From Stegostoma tigrinum (taxonomy: Eukaryota), in the NCBI RefSeq assembly GCF_030684315.1, contig NC_081375.1, forward strand, positions 8,252,678 through 8,316,677: DNA of 64,000 nucleotides, given 5' to 3'. Under the pieces are notes generated by a model that was given only the letters and a program-made list of their open reading frames with translations, was not told the origin of the DNA and ran no database searches. Positions 51,655 to 64,000 of this stretch are shown here, piece by piece. A program made the translations under genes and the position numbers. Numbering within the stretch: the first letter of the stretch is position 1; each line of letters starts with the position of its first letter.

Positions 51655-51917
51655 GAACAAAAACAGAAGTTGCTGAAAAGGTTCAGCAGGTCTGGCAGCA
51701 TCTGAGAAGAAAAAAAGAATCAGAGTTAACATTTCAGACCCTTCCTCAGAACTAATTTTGTGGCTGGGAGGAGTGGCATGAGTATGGCTATTGACACTGA
51801 CCTTTTTTTCCAGAGAACTGAGGAAGGGTCACTGGACCCGAAACATTAACTCTTTTTCTTCCCCCCCTTCAGATGTTGACAAACCTGCTGACCTTTTCCA
51901 GCAACTTCTGTTGTTGT
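51655..51917. mobile_element. Inverted-arm Penelope-derived element with hammerhead cores in both arms
   Basis: Left arm aacagaagttgctgaaaaggttcagcagg...gacccttcctcag is the approximate reverse complement of the right arm ctgaggaagggtc...cctgctgaccttttccagcaacttctgtt. Confidence 0.85.
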
Positions 51918-52379
51918 AATTCACCGTGTAATGTTCTTCTCTGAAGCAGACAGTCAGCAGCAGTAGTCCCACTATAGGTTGCAGTACGTACTGAGGGAAT
52001 ACCAATCAGTTGGAGGTACTACCTTTTGAACAAAAAAGGAAAGTTGGAGCCTCCATCTGTCCACTCCGGGGGATGTAACAGAGCTCATGACACTATGCTG
52101 AAGAACAGCAAGGATGCTCTCTCCAGTATTTTGACTATTTATTCCTTTATAAGGCATCACAAAAACAGATTGTGGTCTTCAGCTTGCTGAGTATAAATTA
52201 ACTACCACACTTCCTCATTGCAACATGTACCTTAAAAAGTATTTCATTGGATTAAAAGAAAAAGTGCGTTGCGTAGGATTGTAGTTTTTCGTACAGCTGG
52301 AAGAGAAGAACCATGGACGGATTTGTAAATAGGATAAAAATCTTAGAAACTGAAACACTCAGTCCAGGAACCCAAATTA

Positions 52380-52990
52380 AGTCTGTGGCAAGGAAAATGG
52401 GGGTAGCAAGAAACTTGCTGTCTGTGAGAACACAGGCAGCAGAGCCTTGAATTATCCCTGGTTGATGGAGGTAGGGGTCTGGGAGACTAGCCAGAAGTGT
52501 GTGAAATAATCAAGCATGGAGATAGCAAAGACATGGATGAGGATTAGTGAAAGTGAGCTGAGGCAGTGATAGTGGTAGTTGATATTATGGAGGTGAAGAT
52601 AAGCAGTCTCAGTGTGAGCAGTGGTAGAAAGCTCATCTCTCAGGTTCCGATGGTTCGAATGTTCTGACTAGTCTGGTTCAGCTTCAGAGTTGTCATGGAT
52701 GGATTCAATTGGTGGTGATGGAATAAGACCAAATCAATGGCCTCTGTCTTTTTAGAAAAATTAGAATTGGTCATTCAATACTTGATATCTAATAAGCAGT
52801 CTGAATCAGAAAGAGATAGTGGTGAGATAAAGCTTGTTGCTATCAGTCTACACATGGAACTCGAGGCCATGTTTTTGGACACACTAGAGGTAACAATGCG
52901 GGTCAGCCACCATCCTGCATCCTGTCGTATGGTAAGGGGAGATGGGAAAAGATGCGCAGGGGGCCGGGCGAGGATTGAACCTGAGGGTTA
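52380..52990 (-). mobile_element. Probable L2-like LINE remnant
   Basis: Very decayed; resembles minus-strand L2 RT. Similar remnants near 33500-33870, 55080-55260 and 59820-60310. Recall-level similarity only. Confidence 0.45.
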
Positions 52991-53124
52991 ACACGCCTCA
53001 GGTGAGGGGAGAGGTTGAGAAAAGAAGGCCTTTGTGGTAAGCTCAGGCGGTGCAGGAATTGAACCCATGCTGTTGATGTCACTCAACATCACAAACCAGC
53101 CATCCAGCCCACTGAGCTAACTGA

Positions 53125-53555
53125 GTTATAAGGAGAGGTTGGATAGGCTGGGACTTCTTTCCCCAGGAGGGAGGAGGTTGAGGGGTGACCTTACAGACCT
53201 TAAAATAATGAGGGGCATGTATAGGGTCAACTGCCAAGGTCTTTCACTTCTTCTCCTCACCTTCTCCTCCTCTTCCCCTCTCCACCCCCTACGTTTACAG
53301 TCACAGGGGAAAGATATGAGAAACCTAAGGGATAAATTTTTCAGGCAGAGGGTGGTGCATGTAATGAGCTACCAAACGAAATACTGAAACAAGTGGTAAA
53401 GAGGAGTACAATTACAACATGTAAAAAGGCATTTGGATAGGTAAAGGTTTAAAGGGATAAGGGCCAAATGCAAGCAAATGGGACTAATTCAGTTTAGGAA
53501 ACCTGGTCGGCATGGACGAGTTGGGCTGAAGGGTCTGTTTCCATGCTGTACGATT
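53125..53555 (+). mobile_element. CR1 3' fragment
   Basis: LDRLGLLSPGGRRLRGDL and tail gggctgaagggtctgtttccatgctgta. Confidence 0.85.
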
Positions 53556-55601
53556 ATGATGCCCCTTCTGCAGTGTCTGTGATGGGACACTCCCATTCAA
53601 CAAACAGGCACACCTTCCTTGCTCACATGGTTATGTCTAGCATAAGCAGGATATTCAAAACTTAAATACCCAGTGGGAAACAAACTGAACTTAAGTTCAC
53701 CCCCTATCTCCATAAAGGCACATAACTCTGCAAATTAAAATTAATGTTACCCACGTGAAATAGCATTCAAGTCTAACAAATGACAACAGCTGCCTTATGC
53801 CAAGCATGCTGAGCCAACTACCTGCCAGACTGCAGCCACTATCTTAATATCTTTTAAGTTCAGCCTTGATTCAGCAAGCCAGTTTACGAAGTGCTCTCGA
53901 TTTATGGCCCAACACGTCGCACACACTCACGCTACACAACTGTTTGCCATCAGAACACTTCTGGCAGATTGGATTTATCCACAAGTTCAAACAAAATGTT
54001 GAAGCTAAGGAGGTGCAAGGTCAGCAGCACAGTGTGCCACTGCCTGAATGCTGAAACTGAAGTCGTGCACGCTCAAGGGGATATCACCAGTGGCAATGTG
54101 CAGAAAAATAAATGAAATGGTATCCTTAAGGCAGACACACAAGACCTTTTCTCCCTTTTAGAAAAAGAAAGCACAGACCACTGCCTGATGAATTGAGTTG
54201 GAGCAATCAACTCAGGCTTTTCGGGCCTACTATTCTGCCCAGCTTTTGTAACAATCCTCTGGAAAGAACTGTCCTACAACTGTATTTTGAAACATGACTT
54301 TCTAAGGTGTACTGATCAATCTCTTGCAGTTTATCGATTAAATATTGCTATAACTTATAAACCACCAATTGAAAAAGGCCTAATTAACTGCTTACAGGCC
54401 CAAATGTGCATGACCTGAGCATGATGCAGCTCCTCTTCAGTTTTGAAAGGCTCAAACCCATGTGCATATGCGCCTGCAGTCTTTAGCTGGCAGCAGTTCT
54501 GAAGCAAGTCTCTGATCTTGCCAACATCAAAAGCTTGGTTTGTAAGATAAGGTAATGTTTGAAGTTTGCACAGCCGAGCCTGCCCCCTGCGTCAAAACGA
54601 AATCCATAAATAAGATATAAGCCAGAGAGAAAAGAGAGGAAAAAAAATCAGCCCTCTTCTTTCCCCAATTGAGGAGAAATCTACACTGCACCTTATTTTA
54701 AACAGGAAAGTAAACTCTGATCTGACAGGTTGCCTTTACATCTCATTTATTCCCCTGTTTATAGTGCCTCCGCTTGTTAATTGGAGCTTGTTTTGCCTTC
54801 TCTTAATCCCCACACCCCCACTGTAGAAACAAAATCAGACAGTGATGGCCTGTTTGCGTAAATCACTCATTTCTTGTTGTTCATCCTGTGCTGTTAAACA
54901 ATAGGCTTTTTGAGAAAAGATGAAGCTGCATTTTTTTGTTTCTAGCTCTCGCCCACTCCAAACAGACTGGAACACTGCAGGTGTCATTAGTGCAATAGTG
55001 TGAAGCTGGCAAATCTTCTGCAAGGGAGTGGAGAGTAGGTGTGGGGTTAACTCCAAATTTAATTAGTTCAGTGACAATGCAGCTTTGCAAATCACCAAAG
55101 CTCCACCACTAATGCTTGTGCCTTCCATTTCATAGGCCTCTAACTCTGGAATTCTCTCCCTCTCCATGTCAGTGTCACTTTCCTCCTTGAAACCTACTTC
55201 TTTCTTTGAAGAGCTGTTAGCTGTCTGACCTAATATCCTCATGTGGTTTGCAGGCATATTGTTTTTACAGCATTCCTGTGAAATGACTGGGACATTTTAT
55301 TTTGTCAAAAGGTGGCTATATAAATTCAAGCTGTTGTTAAGAAAGACAAGGAAAATCATGCATTTCACTGTTGCCTTTTCACATCTCCCAGAAACATCTC
55401 AAAATCACTTCAGTTACAATGAATTACTTTGAACTTTCATTACTGTCATTACAAACAAACCAGCAGTCAATGCCCACACAGCAAGACCCCAGAATAAACA
55501 ACACCATTAATTCCTTTAAACTGCATTCTGGGATCTTTTGGTGCTTGAATCCCCAGCACTGTTTAATGATTCATTTGGAGTCAATGCCTCTAACAGTAGT
55601 G

Positions 55602-55944
55602 CACTGCAGTGTTGCATTGGAGTGTTACCCTCCATTATAATGTTTAGGTCTTACAGTGGAGAGGGGAGAGTTAAGAGCTGAAATCAATTTTCTTGGACAG
55701 ACCCAGTAGGCAGGTGTGTGGGTTCAGAAAGTCACAAAACCCAGAATTTAAAGAAAGCTATTTAGAACACAACCACTGCAGTGTTGCATTGGAGTGTTAC
55801 CCTCCATTATAATGTTTAGGTCTTACAGTGGAGAGGGGAGAGTTAAGAGCTGAAATCAATTTTCTTGGACAGACCCAGTAGGCAGGTGTGTGGGTTCAGA
55901 AAGTCACAAAACCCAGAATTTAAAGAAAGCTATTTAGAACACAA
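55602..55944. repeat. Tandem duplication, 2 x 171 bp with 1-bp spacer
   Basis: 55602-55772 reads identical to 55774-55944. Confidence 0.92.
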
Positions 55945-57790
55945 GGCCCTGTTTGCTTTGACAGTGCGCTACAGTATCCTAGAAATATGTGCAATGAAGA
56001 TTATACACCAGGTCGAGGTGCTGAAAGCTTTTCTGAATTAACACGTGCTGTTGGAACAAGGGGCTTTCAAAATAAAAGCAAAACCAAGGTGAAATCCGAT
56101 TTTGCAATCAACTCTCTCATTGAAAAGTGAAACCTTGAGGAAGCGTAGCCATGTGTCACTGAAAGAACATCCCTGCCCCTCATTCCCTCCTATCTTGGGG
56201 AGCGGGGGGGAATCCTCGTTTAACCAACCAAGCTTCACACAGCTCTGCTCTATTATGAAAACAAGAATCAGCCAGGCTCCTTTCAGGCTTTACAGCCATC
56301 TCCCTTTCACTCCAGCAAGTGATTTTCAAAGCAGCCTGCAATTCTTATTTGCAACCCCATTCAACCCCACCCCCTCAAACTCAGTTTGATTAACAATGGA
56401 CTGAAAGCAATTCAGCTAAGCCTTTCATCCAGAATACACTTTTATTTCTCAGCTTTACAGAGCCACCATTGGCTCTGACGCAAATATTTTAATCCTGACC
56501 ATTTCCCCACCCCAGCTCGCCTGGTCCTCAGACCAGAAATGACTAACACTCAAATCTCCTGTTGACAAAACCTGGAGCCAATTTAAAAACTATACATGTC
56601 AGAATGCCTTTTCACAAGTGCTACCACCCCGAGTAGATACATATGTGCAGGTGTGGTGCTTGTGTGTCTACCGAGTAGGTGAAGGAGGAAGTATGGACAT
56701 ACAAAAATCTGAGTGTTTGTTTGTATGTATTGACAGATGTACACGTGATGCACAATTTAGACTTCTCCTCACCCCTTCGTATGTATATACACGTTTTAAG
56801 TAAAAGATTTGCTTGTTGTGTTTCCTGTAACCTGATAAATATTCACTTTATTTAAAAGAGACACTCAGTTGTACAAATACATGCACTCATGGACGCAAAA
56901 ACATACTTTCCTGCATTAGTGAGTGCCACACTAAAGCTGTCCATTCCTACTCAAGCAGATCTCACTTGTACTCACTGCAGGGAACTGCAGCAACAAGTAG
57001 ATGCAACTGTAGACCATCTCATTCATAACTAATAGTATATAAGCAAAAAAAAATCACCTACATCAAACCAGAATCACCTCTGCATTTTGTGGTGGGGTTG
57101 TACATTTTTGCTCCCAGATATTCACCCTAATAGTCCCAGCAATCACCTCACTTTCACTGCTTAATTTCAGTCATAACATCTTTAATTTTTATTCTTCCAG
57201 CCATTCTGTGCTGCTGACAGCACGTGGGTTCATATTCAGAGGCCTCCCACCCCTTCACTGTCAACTCAGACACTAAGTACTGATAAGTTAGTGAACCTTA
57301 GTTGGTATCAGCTGTCAACTCACATCCACAAGCTCAGTTTGTTCCAAGATTTAATCCAACTCCCCTGGCTTGTGGAGTATCTCCCTCCAAAACAACCATC
57401 CCACCCTCAGCTCACCCGAGTGACTAACGGACAGAGAGCAAGGGAGAGAGCAGGAAAGAAGGGCTAATGTTATGAATTTAAATTCAATTAAATAAACCTG
57501 AACCTGCATCACAAATCGCAACCCCCCCCCCACCCCACCCACGCCCTTGAGCTGTTACAGTCCACAGAAATGGAATAGCACAGGTGGAAGACCGTAGTTC
57601 CAAACCAGCCATTTTGTTGTCTCTTAAAACCATAAAAACAGGAAAAGGAATTAGGTTGTTTGGTTCCTTGAGCCTGTTCTACCATCCAGTAAGATCACAC
57701 CAGATCTTACGTTCTAGCCTTTACTCCAATACCTCAGAGATTCTTGATTAGTCAGGAAACAAAGTCTCAGCCTTGAATACACACAAGTCC

Positions 57791-58118
57791 CGCACAGTGT
57801 CTCAGTGGTTAGTACTGCCACCTCATGGTGCCAGGGACCTGGGTTTGATTCCGTCCTCAGGCGACTGTGTGGAGTTTGCACATTCTCCCCATGTCTGCGT
57901 GGGTTTGCTCCAGGTGTGCTGGCTTCCTCCCACAGTCTAAAGATGTGTAGGCTAGTGGATTGGCCATGCTAAAAATTGTCCACAGTGATCAGGAATAGGT
58001 TATGGGGGACGGGCTGGGGGGTGGAGGAGGAGAGGAGAGGAGTGGGATGGTCAGAGGGTCACTGTGGAATTGTTGGGCCGAAGGGCCTGTTTCCATACTG
58101 TAGGGGTTCTATGACTCT
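57791..58118 (+). mobile_element. V-SINE (HE1-like) inserted in a minus-strand CR1 tail
   Basis: Same head, V-domain and tail as 28237-28537; CR1 remnants at about 57630-57790 and 58119-58220. Confidence 0.88.
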
Positions 58119-60825
58119 GTCCCCACATAGCTCTGTGGCAAGGAGTTCAAGAGATTCACAATCCTGAGGGGAAAAAAAAATTATTTCATCGCAGTCTTGA
58201 ATTGTTCTGCTTAAATCTCAGACAGTGAACTGTCTTTTTGTGGGAAACCTAATGACCTTTGATGACTTGACTCCCAGTTCCAGCTCTAAAATATGTTAGG
58301 ATGAATCCAGATCAGAGCGACTGTGTGCTCATTGCCACTGGCCTCAACATAATCAGAATAAGGGGCAGTTTAGGGGAGGGATGAAGCTCTCTTGTTCAAG
58401 TAGCCAACAGAAAACAAGTGAAATCAGAGCCAGGACTGAAGTACACCTAAAAGTAAATCTAACTCGATGTCAATATAAATATGAGCTAGCCTGTACTCAA
58501 CTGATCTCCAGCGAATAGTCAGAATACCAAAGCAAACAAAGGAGATCTCACTCCCTGTTCCCTTATGCCACTGGCCTTTGTTTTTCTATGATCCCAATAG
58601 AGTAGTGTTCTAAAGTTTGTGTGACTGTGGGAAGGACAGGGGCACTAATTTCCCTTTTCAACAAACTGGCACAGGTATAATTGGCCAAGACGTGTCCTAT
58701 GTTCCAAGATTCTAAAGGAAGATGAAGTCTTGGTTAGATGTCCTGTCATCACTTGAACACAGACAGAGGGGAGGCTGCAAAAAGGCCCCATGATGTGGGA
58801 ACAAATCGGTGAGCCTGTGGATATGAATTAACGGCCAATGTGATGTTCACTCAGGTTCATTAACTTATTAACACAATGTTAGTGAAGGTCAAACTGTATC
58901 CTTTTAACAGCTCTGCCATCAGGAGAAAACTAGGAAAGACAGATCACTCTAAAAAGGTACTGACAGTATCAAAAACTCAATCTCTCTCTCTCTCTACTAG
59001 CAGTACATGAGACAGTTTTCTGCTGCACCTAACTTCGCTTCAGTCCCAGATGTTCCACCATTCCAACAACAGTGGATAGACTGCACAAGATATTTGACCA
59101 CATGCTTTCACCTGGATCACAGCCAAGCACCATTCTAAAGTCCTGGAATGACCTGAAGCCCACATGTCCTATTGTGCTATTAGTGTTTCAAATTATTATT
59201 TGAAGGAGGTATGTGTAGGGAAATAGGCAATACTTTAAGCGCAAGAAGGGTGGGGAGGATGAGTGGGAATTGGTTGTTGTTTAATGTCTTCCCAATTGAC
59301 TAAACAAGTCAAAGGCCTGCCATCACCTGCTCCTGCTCTGGATAATAAACAGGGCTTTGTCAGTGATGTACACAATAGCAAACAAAAGTAATTTACACCG
59401 AACCAAAGCTTCACGCCCAGGATAAACACAAACATCACTGGTCAGTAAACAATTACAAAGTGTGCCCCTTGTCAAGGTGAGAAGCCATAGTCACTGTTGG
59501 CACCAAGGCTGTATTTATTTCAGTTCCTAAAGTAGGATCCTGGAGGTAACTATAGTTGTGGTGGTGGTGGTGGGGAGGGGGCGTGGGGTGGTGTTTTCAG
59601 ATAGTTGTAGATAAGCTAAAATAAGCTAACCCAGACACCCATTACCTCCAGCTGAAAAAGTAACAAATGTTACTCTTCTAGTGGCAACAGGAGATCTAGC
59701 CTGACCATGGTTGAAGTTGCATGTTCGTTTAACGTTAGTAAATTCTGCATGATCTTTAAAGCAGCAGTGAGTGTTATAAACTTTTATACAGCACTTTAAA
59801 CATTGTAGAACAATCCACAGCACTTCACCGGAGCACTAATCAGAAATCTTGACAATGAGACAATGGAGAAGACATTAAAAAGAGGCAACCAAAAGAGGTT
59901 TTAGAAAGGAGAGACAGATGTTCACGGAGGGAATTCCAATGTCTTGGTGGCTGAAGACATGGCCAAAGACAGGAGTGAAGGTAAAAGTTAAGTTTAAGTT
60001 TCACAAGGAATCATACTTAATGAAATTGGAGGAACAATATAGCTTGTTACAGACAGAGATAGGAATGATGCCATGATGGGAATTGAGCACCAGGGTAAAA
60101 TAAATTAAAACTGAAGCATTGATGGATTGGGAGCCAATGTAGAAGCAAGTACAGGTGTGATGGGTGAACAAGTTTTAGCATGAGCTGAGCAACAGGCAGG
60201 AGAAGTTTGATAAATGCAAGTTTCAGAAGGAACGAAGACAGGGAGGCCAACCAGGAGATCACTGGAATTACTGACTGTGAATGTAATAGACGGATGAGGG
60301 TTCAGCAGCAGTTCAGTTTAGGATCACAATAAGAATTAGCATGTAAACATGAGAAAAATAAAGGCATCAAAACAGTATCAGAAGGCAGTAATAAGTCATG
60401 GCCAATAGCACCACCCAGTTACAAATGTAACCTGGACTCTATGCCGCAGCTTCAGAACAAACTCAAATTCAACCATTTCCCTACACCTTTATTGTATCAT
60501 TGGGTCCTCACAGTCTCAAGGTTGAATCCATAGTTGTGGTCAAGTTTCCTAATCAGATTCTGGGCACACACTCATTCCTGGAGAAGGAACTGGAATTGCT
60601 GTATCATCAGGATGCCCAGGGTATGGTAATGCTCTGATTGAGGAAAGTGAAAGAGTTGATATCTATTGATGTTCTGTGCTGCACTGTCTACTTTGAATTC
60701 GGACAGAGTGAGATGGAATGGGGAAGAAGAAATTCAGCCTCAGTGCAGTCAAAATCAAAGCTTAGAAAGCAAATGAGTAAACTAGGACAAAAAAAGTGTA
60801 CAAGCCCAGCAGACATCATACTTAC

Positions 60826-60966
60826 ACACTACTGTCTGTCATTGACATTGAGTCATCAGTCATGACGTCACTGGAGATTTCACTGTCATTCGCACTACTA
60901 GCTGGAGCAAAGATGCAGCCAGTTTGAATATGATAGGGGCTGGCAGGGCCGTTTCTTCCATAGGAT
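60826..60966 (-). CDS. AXIN2: Axin-2 coding exon (human exon 3 equivalent)
   Basis: Acceptor ttttttag, donor gtaagt, 141 bp, phase 2/2. Translates SYGRNGPASPYHIQTGCIFAPASSANDSEISSDVMTDDSMSMTDSSV, matching the Axin SANDSE...SMTDSSV segment. Confidence 0.96.
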
Positions 60967-62388
60967 CTAAAAAAGGACAGAATTTGTTTCAATTAACATT
61001 TGTATAAGTGATCCTCAAAAGACATCCTTCAGTAAAATGCCAATCCATTCAATTATTTGAAAGGGCACTTTGGCTGACTTGGGAAAGAGGCATACAGGCC
61101 AGAAGGTTCCAGATTTGATCCTAGCTGTACACCCATGTGCAGTGGTAGTACAGGCATTGCCAATGTCCATGCAATGTTAGGACAGAGGTGTTTGGTGTTG
61201 GTGGTGGTTGGGAGATGGTGATGGAGAAAAGAGGGAAGGAAAACAATGCGACAATCTTGGTTTCTGATTGGAACACAGGCTCAGGCTGAAAGTACATATT
61301 TGCAGATAAGGCTCGACTGGGATGGTTTCTTGGTTTTCTTCTTTGTCTGAACCCAAGATATGAAAGAGCACCCTACAACCATGGAAGCAACAAGAAAAAA
61401 AACAACAGATCTCTCAGGAAAGTATGGATATAAAAGACCTGGGTGATAACAATTCAAATTCTGTCTACAAACCTGGAACTCAGAAGGACAAGTTTCTCAC
61501 CTCAGCACTTGTTATCATGGGAGCTATGGATCACCTACCGCTATCGATTGATTTTCCCCATTTATGCTCCCTGACTCCTCCCCAAGGTTAGAGCACCATT
61601 AGGGCGGAGTTTTGGGGAGCAGGATGAAGGAATATTACGGAGCACAGATAAATACAATAGCAAAGCATGAAAATATGTCCAAATTATTTACCAACAGGGA
61701 ACAAGATACAAACCAGGGCCACAGTGATTCTTTTAGAAAGGATACAGACAAGGTATAACACCTAAAATGTTACTACACTAGCAATCCAAAAGAAATTCAA
61801 ATCACCACAGGGTGACATGGAAAAAGTCAGAGTTCCACAAATTTGGTCATGTGTAGGCTGGTCCCTTGTGAAATAGCCTGCCAATGGCCAAAAGTTAAGT
61901 TTCAAGCCAAACAATTCACAGATACTATCTTGGAGAGGAGGATACCTGATCAAGCAACTTCAAGCCCAAGGCATGTGATTGAAGAAAAATAAATGCACTT
62001 CAAAGCCAATGAAGTACTTCTGAAATATAGTTATCATTGTAAAAATAAACATCTAATATAAAAAAAAGAACATGATAATTTCTAATGTTGGTTTGAAAGA
62101 ATATTGTTTAGGAGATCAGGGAGAATTCCCATGGTACTTTTTGATGAACGGGATCACTTACATCCGCTTAAGAGAATAATCTCGATTTAATAGCTCAGCA
62201 AAAGATGCATTTCTGACACTGCAGCAGGAATGTACTCAAATCTCTGGAGTCGACACCTAATGCTGTCAAAGTCAACTAGAGACTGATTATTGATTGGTAA
62301 TGCCCACAACTAGAGAACGAAAAACAAAGAAAATACATTTCCCTATCCACACTAAGCAGTGAGAACACACCACACCTCATTTGCGGGT

Positions 62389-64000
62389 TGAAAAAAATTC
62401 CAGAGGCTGGTGTCCCGTCACCAAATCACCCTTTATTTACATGTATGGTACTTGACACTGGTCCAACTTTCACAGAGCCAGCTCTCAGTGAGCAGAGCCT
62501 CCAACACTGTATTAGAGATAATGGGAACTGCAGATGCTGGAGAATCCGAGATAACAAGGTGCGGGGCTGGATGAACGCAGCAGGCCAAGCAGCATCTCAG
62601 GAGCACAAAAGCTGACGTTTCGGGCCAAGACCCTTCATCATAATTGGGGGAGGAGGATCGAAGATGGACAGAGGAGAAAAGATAGGTGGAGAGGAGACAT
62701 ACAAGTTAGAGTGGCAGGGATGGAGCCAGTAAAAGGAGAGTGTAGATGGGGAGGTAGGGAGGGGATAGGTCAGTCCGGGCAGGACGGACAGGTCAAGGGG
62801 GCGGGATTAGGTTAGAAGGTAGGAAATGGAGGTGCGACTTGAGGTGGGAGGAGGTGATAGGTGAGAGGAAGGCGGGGTCAAGCTGGGCTGTTTTTGGGAT
62901 GCAGTGGGGGGGTGGTGGTGAGGAGAGAGAGATTTTGAAGCTTGTGAAGTCCACATTGCAGCCCAATGGTATCAAGGTTCCCAAGCAGAATATATGAGTT
63001 GCTGTCCCTGCAACCTTCGGGTGGCATCATTGTACCAGTGCAGGAGGCCCAGGATGGACATGTCGTCTAAGGAATGGAGAAGTTGAAATGGCTCGCGACT
63101 GGGCGGTGCAGTTGTTTATTGCGAACCAAGCGTAGGTGTTCTGCAAAAGAGACTAAGCGGAGGCTTGGGGACCGCTTTGCAGAACACCGATGCCTCCCAG
63201 TCGTGAGCCATTTCAACTTCTCCTCCCATTCCTTAGACGACAAATCCATCCTGGGCCTCCTGCAGTGCCACAACAATGCCATCCAAAGGTTGCAGGAACA
63301 GCAACTCATTCCGCTTGGGAACCCTGCAGCCCAATGGTATCAAAGTGGATTTCACAAGCTTCAAAATCTCCCTTCCCCTTCACTGCATCCCAAAACTAGC
63401 CCAGCTTGTTTACACCTCCCTAACCTGTTCTTCCTCCTGCCTCAAGTCGCACCTCCATTTCCTACCTTCTCACCCCATCCTGATCTAACCGCTCCCTACC
63501 TCCCCACCTACACTCACCTCTACAGGCTCCATCCCCGCCCCTATAACTTGTCTGTCTCCTCTCCTCTATCCATCTTCGATCTGCCTCCCCTTCTCATTTA
63601 TTTCAGAACCCTCTCCCCATCCCCCTTTTCTGATGAAGTGTCCAGGCCCGAAATGTCAGCTTTCATGTTCCTAAGACACTGCTTGGCCTGCTGTGTTCAT
63701 CCAGCTCCACACTATCTCAGAGCCTCTAACATTCCCACTTATCTGTCAGCCAGGGCTCCCTGATTGGACTAGATTAACAGCCCCAAATCAGGGAATTCAT
63801 TCTATGGGGTCCAGCTGGTTTACCTCAGTTCAATCACTACATCCCTCACTCTAAGTCCAGGGACATAGACCTGTTCTTTTTCTTGTAGCCTGTCCTGGGG
63901 AGTTTTCGCATCAGGTCTAGTTTTATTGACTCAGCCTCAGTTATGGACAGCGTGTACCAAACCATAGCCTGCCTTTTGCACTTGGAGTGTCTCAGAATAA
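62389..64000 (-). mobile_element. Probable Gypsy-like LTR retrotransposon 3' end (3' LTR about 62389-63841, interrupted)
   Basis: Minus strand reads a degenerate integrase-tail-like ILRHSKCKRQ, purine tract agagtgaggga, then TGTAGTG at 63841, AATAAA near 62435 and terminal CA at 62390-62389. Confidence 0.6.
62509..63717. mobile_element. Penelope-like insertion made of two inverted 3' segments
   Basis: About 62512-63150 is minus-strand and 63150-63717 plus-strand copy of the same GIY-YIG end and terminus. Flanked by cagagcctccaacact (62493-62508) and cagagcctctaacatt (63718-63733). Confidence 0.9.

Overview
Eukaryotic, repeat-rich vertebrate genomic DNA, most likely a shark/elasmobranch (inferred from V-SINE/HE1-like and Deu-domain SINEs, abundant CR1, Rex1 and Penelope-like elements). 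The only host gene I can support is AXIN2 on the minus strand. Nine coding exons (equivalent to human exons 3-11, 60966 down to the TAA at 31719-31721) have canonical GT-AG borders and consistent phases and encode the GSK3-binding, beta-catenin-binding and DIX regions. A ~1.9 kb 3' UTR probably ends near 29790. The tankyrase-binding/RGS exon lies beyond the right edge. Positions 1-29.7 kb are downstream intergenic DNA made mostly of decayed retroelements with a few TE-free, motif-rich islands. Most short ORFs in the supplied track are retroelement fragments or noise. The best leads are three. (i) A candidate internal first exon in AXIN2 intron 4 (MSRTTECSHPRPEPLGRMSLHEAT) could splice in frame to the GSK3-binding exon. 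It lies next to a promoter-like region with TCF motifs, and a candidate poison acceptor sits between the two exons. (ii) Minimal hammerhead-ribozyme motifs are carried by Penelope-like elements, one of them structurally complete at 5741-5780. (iii) A LINE with a tRNA-like Pol III head and apparently no ORF1 occurs with short head+tail derivatives. All homology calls are from recall and pattern reading, not database searches. TE boundaries are approximate.
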